Assembly: GCA_964493715.1 (NCBI GenBank)
Contig: CAZBPC010000002.1
Location: 4,814 to 68,813 of the forward strand
DNA from: an uncultured archaeon
GTDB taxonomy: Archaea; Asgardarchaeota; Lokiarchaeia; Sigyniarchaeales; SOKP01
Direction of reading: 5' to 3'
DNA: 64,000 nt
The position numbers were made by a program, and so were the translations under genes. The number at the start of each line of letters is the position of its first letter. Within the stretch, counting starts at the first letter, position 1. The notes under the pieces are model-generated. The model did not search any database and was not told the DNA's origin. It was given only the letters and a program-made list of their open reading frames with translations. Of this stretch, positions 34,592 to 45,095 are shown piece by piece.

Positions 34592-34734
34592 AACATAACC
34601 ACTGATTTTATAGCATTTATTCGATCATTGTAATATTACATCTAAATATTATTACTTCATCTTGCTACAAATAATATAATTCTGATCTATATATAAAAAA
34701 ATAGTAAAAATAAAAATTAGGTTTGATTAGAGTT

Positions 34735-35976
34735 CTAAAAAACTTGTTCTTTCCCTTCTATTAAACGTTTTCTTAAAAGTATTAAGCTTTCTTTTCTCAA
34801 CATTTCTTCACTTACTTCAGCCGCTATTTTTTCAATGCTTGTAAAGTTCACATTTTCAGCTGGGATCAATTCAATTGAATTTATCCAAGGGTCAGTTATG
34901 GGACGACCAATCTGAGATAGTAGTTTAACATGTGCCTCTATGATATCTCCTTCTCCTCGGTTTACAATCGCTCTGGCCATGTTTGTTGCTAAGATATTGT
35001 ATATTTTTCCGACATGATTAATCGGGTTCTTTCCACAAACAGCTTCTAAACTCATTGTACGGCAAGGAGTGATCAAACCATTCGATCGATTTCCACGACC
35101 AACTTCACCATCATCACCAGCTTCTGCAGAAGTTCCTGTAATTGTAAGATATACTAATCCCTTTTCGAGGTTATCGCCTACATTTACTTGACAAGTGACT
35201 TCTCTATCTGGAATTATTTTTGCTGCTAAATCCAAAACTGCATCTTTAATTTGGTTAGTGTAGCTTACATATTCATCAAGATCATTAATGTATTTGCTAA
35301 CCATTGCTGCTGCGATTGTAATTCCTACGTTATTCCCAATCCTTTCAGTCATTACCTTTATATCTTCTCCTGAACCTTTACACTTATCTTTAAATTGTGG
35401 AGAATTTAGTAATCTTTCCGCTTCTAAAGTTATATTCTCAACATCAGAGAAGGGAGCAAAACCTACACCGAAACTTGTGTCATTTGCTAAAGGAACTTCA
35501 TTAGAATGATGCGATGAGTCAAAAACTCCTGTCAAGTCAATTGATCCTGGACGAACAGCATAATCAAATTGTATATCTCGATTTAAATCAAGGTTTCTAA
35601 AAATTTTTTCTAATTCAGTTCGTTGGGTTTCGATGCATATTGTCGCAACGGGAATATAATCTAACTTAGTTTCAGTTCCACACTCAGTAAGAATCTGATT
35701 GATAGCTCTCCCTACGATTAGAAAATATTGAGGTTGGATTATCATCCCTCCACCATAAGCAGGTTTCGCAGTTCCTCCAACTAAAGCTGCTTTATCGACA
35801 TTATGATGGTATACGCGATCATAATGTTTTAAATAATATGCACATAACGCTCTTGAGCAAGCATCTGCGACAGCATCACATACAGTGTCTGGATGCCCTA
35901 TTCCTTTCCTTTCAACTATTTCGGGATTTTGACTTTTTTCGATTGGTAAAAAATTTGCATTTGTTATTTTTAACAT
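34735..35976 (-). CDS. mat: Archaeal-type S-adenosylmethionine synthetase
   Basis: 413 aa. The N-terminal [11 protein letters not shown] motif and length are typical of archaeal MAT. Confidence 0.85.
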   Translation of the reverse strand: MLKITNANFLPIEKSQNPEIVERKGIGHPDTVCDAVADACSRALCAYYLKHYDRVYHHNVDKAALVGGTAKPAYGGGMIIQPQYFLIVGRAINQILTECGTETKLDYIPVATICIETQRTELEKIFRNLDLNRDIQFDYAVRPGSIDLTGVFDSSHHSNEVPLANDTSFGVGFAPFSDVENITLEAERLLNSPQFKDKCKGSGEDIKVMTERIGNNVGITIAAAMVSKYINDLDEYVSYTNQIKDAVLDLAAKIIPDREVTCQVNVGDNLEKGLVYLTITGTSAEAGDDGEVGRGNRSNGLITPCRTMSLEAVCGKNPINHVGKIYNILATNMARAIVNRGEGDIIEAHVKLLSQIGRPITDPWINSIELIPAENVNFTSIEKIAAEVSEEMLRKESLILLRKRLIEGKEQVF

Positions 35977-36150
35977 GTTGCTAAACCAAGTTCTTATACA
36001 TATAACTATGTTTTTATTTTAACTATGTTTTTAAATTAATGAGCTTATTTAATAATTATTGAAATGAAAATATCTCTGCAGCATTTTTTATGCATTCAGA
36101 TTATACTAAATAAATTTTATGGATAAGTAATTAGAAATAAAGAAAGAGTT

Positions 36151-36720
36151 ATGAAAATCTTACCAGAATTTAAGGAAATCAAAGCTTTGAGGAAGTCTTT
36201 GAATATCAGCCAGAAAGAACTTGGAAAAATCTTAGAAATTCCCCAATCTACAATTTCTCGAATTGAAAATGAAACCATGGATCCTCCATATTCTAAATTT
36301 AAGAAAATTTACGAATTTTTAGAGATAGAGCGTAGAAAGAGAAAGCAAACAGAAAATATCGCTGGTGATATTATGACAAAAAAAATTTATAGCATTGACT
36401 CGCGCTCAACAATGAAAGATGCGATGGAAATAATGAATAAATATAGCATTTCCCAAATACCAATAATAGAGAATAATGGGCAGAATTTAGGGAGTATAAC
36501 TTCTAAAAAAATCCAAAAACTCATCATTGATAACCCAGAACTTATTAATACCAATGTATTGAATTTTAAAGAATTACCGTTTCCAGAGGTAGAAAAAACT
36601 TGGAATGTTAAGGATATTTCAAATCTTTTGGTGAATTATTCAGCTGTTTTAGTAAAGGAGTTTGATGAATATTTGGGAATCATAACTGATTCGAATTTTC
36701 TTAAATTAACTTTAAGGTGA
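36151..36720 (+). CDS. XRE-type HTH plus CBS-domain regulator
   Basis: The N-terminal LNISQKELGKILEIPQSTISRIEN is HTH_3-like. The C-terminal half has tandem CBS-like segments (IMTKKIYSI..., ISQIPII). Confidence 0.7.
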   Translation: MKILPEFKEIKALRKSLNISQKELGKILEIPQSTISRIENETMDPPYSKFKKIYEFLEIERRKRKQTENIAGDIMTKKIYSIDSRSTMKDAMEIMNKYSISQIPIIENNGQNLGSITSKKIQKLIIDNPELINTNVLNFKELPFPEVEKTWNVKDISNLLVNYSAVLVKEFDEYLGIITDSNFLKLTLR

Positions 36721-36787
36721 TGTGAATCAATTTTAAATCAAAAAAAGAATTTTTTAAGTAATTCATATTTCTAGTAATGTAGATATT

Positions 36788-37792
36788 ATGGATGATATTC
36801 TTGAAAAAATAAATTTCATTTTGAAAAAAGCTAATTTTGAAACATTTTTACTTAATAATTTCTATGAAAAAAAGAATAAATTTTGTTTTGATCTGTTAGC
36901 AAAAAAGCAAGGAACTATTTTTAGTGTTAAAATATTTTCAAATATTGATAATCTTAATAAAGACTTAGTAAATGATATTAAATCACTGTCAATCTTGCTT
37001 AAATCAAAACCTTTACTGATAGGTCTTAGAAATAGATACCAAAACTTAGAGGATAATGCTCTATATATGCGATATGGATTGCCTTTTATTTCGATTAATA
37101 CATTTGAAAAAATTATAGAAAATGACGAATATCCATACATATTAGCTAGGAGAGGAGGTGGCATTATTTTCTTGGATGGGCAACTTATGAAATTAAAAAG
37201 AGAATCTGAAGCAATCTCACGAAAGGAGCTTTCAGAGAAATTGGGTGTTACGAAAAGAACAGTTTGTGCCTATGAAAATGATAGTATGCGGCCTTCAGAG
37301 AGTATTGCTTTAAAAATTCTTGAATTATTACATGATAATATGATCCTAAAGAGAATGAATCCATTTGGCTGGAAGATAAAATTTGACTTTAAAGAAACCT
37401 CTATTAGTGAAGAAAAAGATTTAAACCCTTTTGAAACTCATATACATGACGTCATTGAGGATATTGGAATGTCAACATATTGGTATAGTAAAGGACCCAT
37501 CCCTTTCAAATTTTCTATTTATTCCCCTTCTGAACCCCAGGTTAATGTTTATCCAATCTTTTCAGGGATCTCTGAAGAACAAAAAAAAATATCAGAAACT
37601 AATTTAAAATGCTTGAAAATATTCACAAATTTATTTCAGAAAAAAAGTCTATTAATTGTAACCAACGAAATTAAAGTAACCGATACTATTAAGCAAAACT
37701 TTATTCCAATTGTAAAAATTAAAGACTTAGAAAAAGTAGATAACGAAGATGAATTTATTGAACTCGTCAAAGGAACGACAAACAACATCTAA
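36788..37792 (+). CDS. Conserved archaeal protein with central XRE-type HTH
   Basis: 334 aa. Central ISRKELSEKLGVTKRTVCAYEN HTH motif. Confidence 0.5.
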   Translation: MDDILEKINFILKKANFETFLLNNFYEKKNKFCFDLLAKKQGTIFSVKIFSNIDNLNKDLVNDIKSLSILLKSKPLLIGLRNRYQNLEDNALYMRYGLPFISINTFEKIIENDEYPYILARRGGGIIFLDGQLMKLKRESEAISRKELSEKLGVTKRTVCAYENDSMRPSESIALKILELLHDNMILKRMNPFGWKIKFDFKETSISEEKDLNPFETHIHDVIEDIGMSTYWYSKGPIPFKFSIYSPSEPQVNVYPIFSGISEEQKKISETNLKCLKIFTNLFQKKSLLIVTNEIKVTDTIKQNFIPIVKIKDLEKVDNEDEFIELVKGTTNNI

Positions 37793-37793
37793 A

Positions 37794-38483
37794 TTGATTT
37801 GTGGATTAGATGAGGCTGGCAGAATATAATTCGTATCGAATGATATGTTAACAGGACCTGTTCTAGGCCCAATGGTTATTTGTGGTGTTTGTTTCCTCGA
37901 AGAAAATATCCAATCTCTAGAAACTTTAGGAGTGAAAGATTCAAAAAAACTAACTATAAGAAAAAGAACCGAATTATCCGCAATATTAAAATCAATTTGC
38001 TTTTCTTATCAAAATGTTATAATTTCTCCTCAAGAAATTGATGAGAGGATTTCATTGAGAATTTCATTAAACCGACTTGAAGAATTAAAAATGGCCCAAA
38101 TACTGAATCATCTAAAGCCAGAGTTAGTATATATAGATGCCGCTGATGTGAGAGAAGAGCGATTTGGACGGTCTATAGCTAAATTATTAAATTATTCACC
38201 AAAAAAAATCATTTCCAAACATAAAGCTGATGATCTTTACCCAATAGTTTCAGCTAGCTCAATTATTGCTAAAGATATGAGAGATAGACTCATTGAAGAA
38301 CTAAAAAAAAATTATGGAGATTTTGGTTCAGGATATCCCTCAGACGAACGTAGTACGACATTTCTTCGAAAGTGGATAATAGATAATAAGAAAGCTCCAC
38401 CTATTGCAAGAAAATCATGGGAAACTACGAAAAAAATAATAAGAGAAGAAATATTTAATAAGAAGATTACTGATTATGTATAG
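37794..38483 (+). CDS. rnhB: Ribonuclease HII, interrupted by a 30-nt BHB mini-intron (exons 37794-37822 and 37853-38483)
   Basis: A TTG start gives MICGLDEAGR, followed by an in-frame TAA-containing 30-nt insert and then GPVLGPMVICGV. The joined sequence reproduces the universal G(I/L)DEAGRGPv.GPmV motif. The spliced ORF is 219 aa. Confidence 0.85.
37823..37852 (+). other. Putative bulge-helix-bulge intron in rnhB mRNA (30 nt)
   Basis: UGGC[AG|A]AUAU-A-AUUCG-UAU-CGAAU-G-AUAU GUUA[AC|A]. Central helix UGGC/GUUA (2 Watson-Crick pairs and 2 G.U), two 3-nt bulges, and a 9-bp inner stem. Excision joins AG|A GGA to give DEAGR-GPV. Confidence 0.6.
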
Positions 38484-38546
38484 ATATATTGTAAGATTAA
38501 TTTAGTTTGAAGAAAAATAAAATTTCTTACAGAAGTATTATTTAAA

Positions 38547-39236
38547 TTATTTGTGGGCAACTAAAATGATGTGATTTGCTGCATATCTGTGAATATTTAA
38601 GTTTTCAATTATTTCATAACCTGCCTTTTCCAAAGTCTTTTTCTCTTGAAGATAAATTTTTTCAGGCTTTTGAACACTATCAATTGATTGAGATTTGATT
38701 GCAAGAATTAGAAGTCCTTTATCCTTTAGATAATAATTGCAGTTCGCAATGGCAATTTGTGCTTGGTTTGGTTGAGCTATATCTTGATAAACTAAATCAA
38801 TTTTAGTAAAAACAGAATTAGCATATTTTTCGGGAAAATTAGCATCTCCTAAAATTGGAATAATATTTTTTCTTTTGTTAGTATTCTGAATCAACTGTCG
38901 CATGCTACGTTCAGCAAATTCTACTCCATAGATAATTCCATCACATACTATGTCTGAAAGGTGAGATATTGTTGTACCTGACGATGCTCCTAAATATAAG
39001 CATTTTAATTCACTTGATAAAAAATCCTCTAAAGGTTTTTCCAATATCATTGCAGCTAATTTACTTCTATAAGGATCCCATTCTCGATACTCTTCTCCTT
39101 TAAATGTAACTAACTTCTCCCCGTACACTTTATTACCAGAAACTAAGTTTTTAGAATAAAGTTTTAGGTTATTTGGAGGACCAGATATATAAACATTAGA
39201 ATATTTTGGATGTGCTCTAATGCTTTCGTTGCTCAA
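38547..39236 (-). CDS. flpA: Fibrillarin (C/D box sRNP 2'-O-methyltransferase)
   Basis: 229 aa. REWDPYRSKLAA and LYLGASSGTTISHLSDIV motifs. Confidence 0.9.
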   Translation of the reverse strand: MSNESIRAHPKYSNVYISGPPNNLKLYSKNLVSGNKVYGEKLVTFKGEEYREWDPYRSKLAAMILEKPLEDFLSSELKCLYLGASSGTTISHLSDIVCDGIIYGVEFAERSMRQLIQNTNKRKNIIPILGDANFPEKYANSVFTKIDLVYQDIAQPNQAQIAIANCNYYLKDKGLLILAIKSQSIDSVQKPEKIYLQEKKTLEKAGYEIIENLNIHRYAANHIILVAHK

Positions 39237-39237
39237 A

Positions 39238-40461
39238 TTAATTTTCCCTCCTTCTTTTTTTATTTAATTGCTTTTTATTTGGTTTTATTTTTGGCTCACT
39301 TTTTTTAAGTGGGGGTTTTGTATATTTTTTTTCAAGCTCTTTTATTTTTTCTTCAACTTCGTTTGCTAAAGTTTCTCCTATGAACTCACCATTAAAAAAA
39401 TCTACTTTAGTGGCAATTCCTATTTTCCCTGAAATAACTCTAGAAATCTTTCCACGGTTATATGCTTTACTTCCTCTAATCAAATTCCATTGAAAAATTA
39501 AACCGTGTTTGGGTCGTTTTTCACCAGTTTTAAGGAATCTATACAAGGCTTTTTCAGCTCCTAAAAGTTGAATCCTCGAAGCTGGCATATAAGCTAAGTT
39601 TTTTAAACTTCCTGCTTTTGATATCAATTTTGCTCCTATCAAACTTCCAATAAGTTTAGTAAGATTAGGTGCCGCTTGAGTCATTAAATCTTCAAGATAT
39701 TCCTCCAATACTTCTCGAAAGGCATCTAAATCTAATATTTGTCGAGCGTATTTTTTAATTATAGAAAGATCTAAATCTGCTCCCATAGATCGGGCTGCTA
39801 AATCTTGTAGCATTTGAGTTCGTTTATCTGTAAAAGTAAAATATTCACTAATATTCTCAACAGTATAATTATCTCGATGACCTAATTTGTCAACCATTTT
39901 AGCCAAGATTACATTATCCTCAATTAATTTATCAGTTAATTCCGGAAAATGTAAACCATACCATTCCTTTAACCGGCTTGCAAATAAACTTATTGATTTC
40001 TTTAAAATATCGAGGGATTCGATCACTTGAATTATTATTAAATCTTCTTTTCCCCCTGCTTCTTTTATATTAGTTTTGATTAATTTTTCTTGCACATGTT
40101 TAAAATGCAATGAGATTTCATTAAATTCAAGGTAATTTCCTATTTTTTTTAGCTGTTCTGTCAAATTAAATCGAAAATTTCTGAATTCCAAGTTTTCAAT
40201 AGCATGAGTCGTTTTTAAATCTAATGTCTGGTTCGTAATAGTTGCTAATGCCTCGTTATCAAAAATTAAAACATCAAACCCAGCGGCACTAATTTCTTGG
40301 ACAAATTGTTCAAATTCTTTACTGATAATATTTTCCTTTAATCCATTGAAAAAATCAATAGCTTTATTTTCATTTTTACTAAAATCAATAAAATTGATAA
40401 TTGTTTCTCCTTCGTCCAAGGCATAGATTCCTAATAATGTATCAATTACAAAACACTTCAT
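39238..40461 (-). CDS. nop5: Nop5 (Nop56/58) C/D box sRNP core protein
   Basis: 407 aa. NOP domain motifs (LGAEKALYRFLKTGEKRPKHGLIFQ), a lysine-rich tail, and an operon with fibrillarin. Confidence 0.9.
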   Translation of the reverse strand: MKCFVIDTLLGIYALDEGETIINFIDFSKNENKAIDFFNGLKENIISKEFEQFVQEISAAGFDVLIFDNEALATITNQTLDLKTTHAIENLEFRNFRFNLTEQLKKIGNYLEFNEISLHFKHVQEKLIKTNIKEAGGKEDLIIIQVIESLDILKKSISLFASRLKEWYGLHFPELTDKLIEDNVILAKMVDKLGHRDNYTVENISEYFTFTDKRTQMLQDLAARSMGADLDLSIIKKYARQILDLDAFREVLEEYLEDLMTQAAPNLTKLIGSLIGAKLISKAGSLKNLAYMPASRIQLLGAEKALYRFLKTGEKRPKHGLIFQWNLIRGSKAYNRGKISRVISGKIGIATKVDFFNGEFIGETLANEVEEKIKELEKKYTKPPLKKSEPKIKPNKKQLNKKRRREN

Positions 40462-40530
40462 TTTTCATTAAACTTGTGATATGAATTATCTCAAATAATA
40501 ATAATAATACTTTCTTAAATTATAATAGTA

Positions 40531-41457
40531 ATGCTAGAGGTAAATATTTCTGGTTTAAATTTAAAATCACCATTCATTCTAGCTTCTGGTATCTTAGGAG
40601 TTTCTTTTTCTAGTATGAAGAAACTTATGGATGCGGGCTTTGGGGCTATAACAACTAAATCTATTGGTCCTAAACCCAGAAAAGGATATAAAAATCCTTC
40701 AATAATCGAAATTTTTCCCGGCACTTTCCTGAATAGTGTAGGATTAGGGAATCCCGGAATAGATTATTTCATTTCAGAAATTAAAGAGATTAAAGCGAAC
40801 AATATTCCTTTAATTGTGAGTGTTTTTGGTGATACAAATGAATTATACTTAGAGGTAGCATTAAAAGCACAAGAAGCTGGAGCCGATGCAATAGAAATTA
40901 ACATTTCCTGTCCTCACGCTGAGGTTTCTTCTATAGGCATAAATAAAGATCTCACATTTGACCTAACAAAACTTCTTAAGGAAAAATTATCGATTCCTTT
41001 ATTTGTAAAATTAAACCCTAATGTCACTGATATATGTGAGATAGCTCTCGCTGCCCAAGAGGGTGGTGCAGATGCTGTTGTCGCGATAAATACAATGAAA
41101 GCAATGAAAATCGATGTTAACACTATGAGACCTATTTTATCTCATGGAAGTGGAGGGCTTTCTGGAAAGGGAATTCACCCTATCGCAGTGAAAAAAGTTT
41201 ACGATCTCTACAAAATTTTAAAAATTCCAATAATAGGATGTGGAGGAATATCTAAATGGCAAGATATTATAGAATTTTTCCTTGCTGGAGCAAGAGCTGT
41301 CCAAATCGGTACAGTTTTATATAAAGGCTTAGAAATTATTCCTGATATAATAAAAAATCTTAATACATTTTTAGAAGAACGGTCAATTGATAATATTTCT
41401 AAACTGATAGGTAAAGCACATTATTTTAAAACTCAAGAGGTGCCAGATTTTGACTAA
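40531..41457 (+). CDS. pyrD: Dihydroorotate dehydrogenase 1B, catalytic subunit
   Basis: 308 aa. LKSPFILASG, EINISCPH and GGLSG motifs. Followed by pyrK. Confidence 0.85.
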   Translation: MLEVNISGLNLKSPFILASGILGVSFSSMKKLMDAGFGAITTKSIGPKPRKGYKNPSIIEIFPGTFLNSVGLGNPGIDYFISEIKEIKANNIPLIVSVFGDTNELYLEVALKAQEAGADAIEINISCPHAEVSSIGINKDLTFDLTKLLKEKLSIPLFVKLNPNVTDICEIALAAQEGGADAVVAINTMKAMKIDVNTMRPILSHGSGGLSGKGIHPIAVKKVYDLYKILKIPIIGCGGISKWQDIIEFFLAGARAVQIGTVLYKGLEIIPDIIKNLNTFLEERSIDNISKLIGKAHYFKTQEVPDFD

Positions 41458-42304
41458 TTACTCTATAAAAATTGTACCTATTATTGAATCTTATGAAGTA
41501 TGTAAGGATATAAAGAATATCACCTTTAATATTAAAAATCTTAAGGACTATAAGTTTGAAAAGCCTAAACCTGGTCAATTTGTAATGGTGTGGGTACCTG
41601 GCATTGATGAGATTCCGATGTCAATATCAAGTTTCGATGATGATGGAAATTGCAGTATTCTTGTGAAAAATATTGGAGAATGCACCAATGCCCTAAATAA
41701 TCTAAAAACTGGAGATTATATAGGTGTGAGAGGACCTCTTGGGAATTGGTTTGAAATACCAACTGAAAGTTTTAAAAAGATTTTCTTAATCGCTGGGGGA
41801 GTGGGTATAGCACCATTGAAATTTTTAATTATTGAACTAAATAATCTGAAAAAAAATTATGTCTTGATCAAAGGTGCTAAAGCAAAAAATGAACTAATCT
41901 TTATCCATGAACATCAAAACTTTGATAAAGAAATCGCAGAAATTTTTTATTGCACTGATGATGGAAGCTATGGTACTGAAGGATTTGTTTCTGATGTTTT
42001 CAAAAACGTTATTAATGATTTTTCTGAAAAACAATTATCAAACGCACTTGTTTATACCTGCGGACCAGAAAAAATGATGTATGAAATTTTTCAGATATGT
42101 GAACAAAATGGAATGGAATTACAAGCAAGTTTAGAGAGAATTATGCGCTGTGGTTGTGGATTATGTGGTTTATGTGCTTTAGATCCTCTTGGATTTCTTG
42201 TTTGTAAGGACGGTCCAATATTTAATTCCGAAAAGTTAAGGAAAATAGAAGATTTTGGTAAATATCGCCGAGATTTTACTGGAAAGAAAAATCAAATCGA
42301 TTGA
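41450..42304 (+). CDS. pyrK: Dihydroorotate dehydrogenase electron-transfer subunit
   Basis: 284 aa. FAD/NAD-binding fold (AGGVGIAP) and a C-terminal CGCGLCGLC 2Fe-2S cluster. Overlaps the pyrD end. Confidence 0.8.
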   Translation: MTNYSIKIVPIIESYEVCKDIKNITFNIKNLKDYKFEKPKPGQFVMVWVPGIDEIPMSISSFDDDGNCSILVKNIGECTNALNNLKTGDYIGVRGPLGNWFEIPTESFKKIFLIAGGVGIAPLKFLIIELNNLKKNYVLIKGAKAKNELIFIHEHQNFDKEIAEIFYCTDDGSYGTEGFVSDVFKNVINDFSEKQLSNALVYTCGPEKMMYEIFQICEQNGMELQASLERIMRCGCGLCGLCALDPLGFLVCKDGPIFNSEKLRKIEDFGKYRRDFTGKKNQID

Positions 42305-42409
42305 ATCATATAATTTATAATATTTATATAAAAGTTTATCTCGATTAATGATACGAAAAATTTGCTTTAGAACATAAAAATTGGGTTCCTATTTTTAACG
42401 TAAAATTCT

Positions 42410-44791
42410 CTATATCATTAATTCAAACTTTTTCAAGTAAAAAAACTTAATCTGATCGTTCAACAAAAGACATGTTACAAATGTATAACCTATTATAAAT
42501 AAAATTGTTATTATAGGTATAGGAGTAATTCCTGGCAGCCCTATTGAAGAAAGTAATAATATAATAATGGAATTAATAATAATCACAATAGCTAAAGGTT
42601 TACTCGGTTTTGAATTCCAAAAGTGCTTTCTTTCTCTAACGGTGAGTACCGTAAAATATCCTGAATACACCAAAAACACAAGTACAAATGTATGTAAGGC
42701 ATTTACATTTCCCAGTATTCCAAACATTAAATCCCCAATAAAGACTAGAAATATCCCCTCAATAACCATTAGAACGCCTAAAATCGCTCCTATTTTTACC
42801 ATTCCGTTAACATTCCAAGTTTCTGGTTTTTTAGAATAACGAACATTATCGGTAGAAAGAGATAAAGTGACATAATCACTTAAAAACAAAAGAATGATAA
42901 TATCTAAAGCAGAAACAATATAAATTCCAAAGATAACAAAAGCAAGAATTATAAATAGTACTCGTTTAAATGTTCTAATCATTTTATTTATTATCCAGGT
43001 TGCAATCCTTTGATAAATCATTCTTCCTATTATTATTAAATCAATGATACCCTCTAACCCCTCAGTAGTAAGCACCGCACTTGAAGATTTCTTTGCAACA
43101 TCTGTAGCATTACTAACAGCTATTCCAACCTCTGATTGCTTTAGCGCAGGAGCGTCATTGACGCCATCTCCGGTCATACCAACGATATGATTATAATTTT
43201 GTAAATCTTTTACAATTAAATATTTATCTTCAGGATAAATTTCAGCAAATCCTATGGCATTTTCAATAATATCGTTTTTATCTTTATCTGTTAAACTTTT
43301 CTTTAATTCTGTTATTCTGATTACATTTTTACCTAAATCAAGCTCCGATGCAATCTCTTGTGCTATAGGTAAAGCATCTCCCGTTAAAATTTTTACAGAA
43401 ATACCTAAATCATTAAGTTTCTTGATTAATTGGGAGGCATTTTCTCGAATTTTATCATATAGCATTACATATCCTACCAATCGTAAATCTTGCTTTTGAA
43501 TCCCATATGCAACAGCAAGAAATCTATATCCTTTTGCTATGTAAGAATTAATTTCTTGAGTTATATTATCAAGTTCAATAAAATCATTTTGAACTAAATC
43601 TTGAATTTCCTTTACAGCACCTTTAAAAACGTAGAATTCAGCATTATTTTTTTTAATGAAAGCTTCTGTTTTTCTTGTTGATGGATCAAAAGGGATGAAA
43701 TATTTTTGCTCACAGTCATTAATTTTTATGTTTTTATATTTTGTCATCGATATAAAAGCATAATCAATGGGATCTTGGTTTGCTTCTTGAGATGCCAAGG
43801 CTCCATAGAAGAGAACATCATTTTCTTCAAATCCAGGACGTGGTAAAATCTTTACAATAGAAAGTTTATTAATAGTGAGAGTTCCGGTCTTATCCACACA
43901 AACAATATCCATAGTTGAAGCATCTTCAGTTGCATCCAACCTTGTTATTAATACACCTTTTTTAGATAATTCCAAAGATCCTAAAGCCATACTTAATGTA
44001 AACATAGTAGGCAATGCAACGGGAATAGAAGCAACTAAAAGTATTGCAATTAAAGGGAGAATCTGGAACACAAATTCAATTCCTTTTAACAATGATATGC
44101 TTATTGCTATAAATATTGATATAAATACAATTGCAAGAAGCCACTTAACTACTTTTGATATAATTTCTTGAATATGGAGTTTAGGTTTAGCAATTTGAAC
44201 AAGTTCAATAGTGCGTCCAAAAAAAGTTTTCGTTCCAGTTTTAGTAATGAATCCTGTAATTTCTCCACGTTTTACAATGGAGCCTGAATACAACTCATCA
44301 CCTTTTTTTTTCTTAATAGCCATGAATTCTCCCGTTAATGTAGATTGATCTATTTCCAAATTGCCCTCTAATATATTTAAATCGGCCGGAACGAAATCCC
44401 CGCCTCTTAATCTTACAATATCGCCCGGAACTAACTCTCTTGCAGGAATTAATGTCCAAACTCCATCCCGTTTAGTCCGTGCTTTAATACTAAGCTTTTC
44501 CTTAAGAAGATCCACTGCGCTATTAGCTTTCTCTTCTTGATAATAACCGATTATAGCATTAAACAGGAGAAGCCCCATAATTATATAACCTTCAATATAT
44601 TTACCTAATAGGAATTCTAATATAATCGTAAATTCTAACATCCATGGAGTAATACCCCAGAATTTTTTTAAAAATTTTTGAAGTAAGTTTACTTTTTTTT
44701 CAGGAACCTCATTATAACCATATATATTTAATCTGGTCTTAATTTCCACTAAATCTAATCCCTTTTCTAAATCATTAGAAATTAAATTCAA
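42410..44791 (-). CDS. P-type cation-transporting ATPase (type III H+-ATPase-like)
   Basis: 793 aa. TGE-like LTGEF, phosphorylation site CVDKTGTLT, and MTGDGVNDAPALK hinge. Confidence 0.85.
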   Translation of the reverse strand: MNLISNDLEKGLDLVEIKTRLNIYGYNEVPEKKVNLLQKFLKKFWGITPWMLEFTIILEFLLGKYIEGYIIMGLLLFNAIIGYYQEEKANSAVDLLKEKLSIKARTKRDGVWTLIPARELVPGDIVRLRGGDFVPADLNILEGNLEIDQSTLTGEFMAIKKKKGDELYSGSIVKRGEITGFITKTGTKTFFGRTIELVQIAKPKLHIQEIISKVVKWLLAIVFISIFIAISISLLKGIEFVFQILPLIAILLVASIPVALPTMFTLSMALGSLELSKKGVLITRLDATEDASTMDIVCVDKTGTLTINKLSIVKILPRPGFEENDVLFYGALASQEANQDPIDYAFISMTKYKNIKINDCEQKYFIPFDPSTRKTEAFIKKNNAEFYVFKGAVKEIQDLVQNDFIELDNITQEINSYIAKGYRFLAVAYGIQKQDLRLVGYVMLYDKIRENASQLIKKLNDLGISVKILTGDALPIAQEIASELDLGKNVIRITELKKSLTDKDKNDIIENAIGFAEIYPEDKYLIVKDLQNYNHIVGMTGDGVNDAPALKQSEVGIAVSNATDVAKKSSSAVLTTEGLEGIIDLIIIGRMIYQRIATWIINKMIRTFKRVLFIILAFVIFGIYIVSALDIIILLFLSDYVTLSLSTDNVRYSKKPETWNVNGMVKIGAILGVLMVIEGIFLVFIGDLMFGILGNVNALHTFVLVFLVYSGYFTVLTVRERKHFWNSKPSKPLAIVIIINSIIILLLSSIGLPGITPIPIITILFIIGYTFVTCLLLNDQIKFFYLKKFELMI

Positions 44792-45095
44792 AACTTATTT
44801 CTCCTTTACATAATGCTATAAGATCTTTCATTCTAAACATTTTAGAATAAATCTATTATAAATACCTTTTTCTTATAATATTTAAACGATTTTTAAGTTA
44901 AAAGTTTTATAAACCAAAAAGAATCACAATAAATTTTTGATTAGATGGTATTTAATTAATTATGAAATGATCCTAATTACTCTAAAACAATAATATGTTT
45001 ATTCTCTAATGTTATCATTGATGTTTCTATAAATAATTAAAATATTGATTTCAAAATCATAAAATTTATCCTATTATAAAAACTATGTTTACTAA

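Noticed and set aside
37823-37852. Programmed translational bypass (gene-60-like hop) or stop-codon readthrough across the rnhB insert
   Set aside because: No matching take-off and landing codons flank the insert. Readthrough would insert 10 residues into the catalytic DEAGRG loop. The BHB fold gives a simpler explanation.
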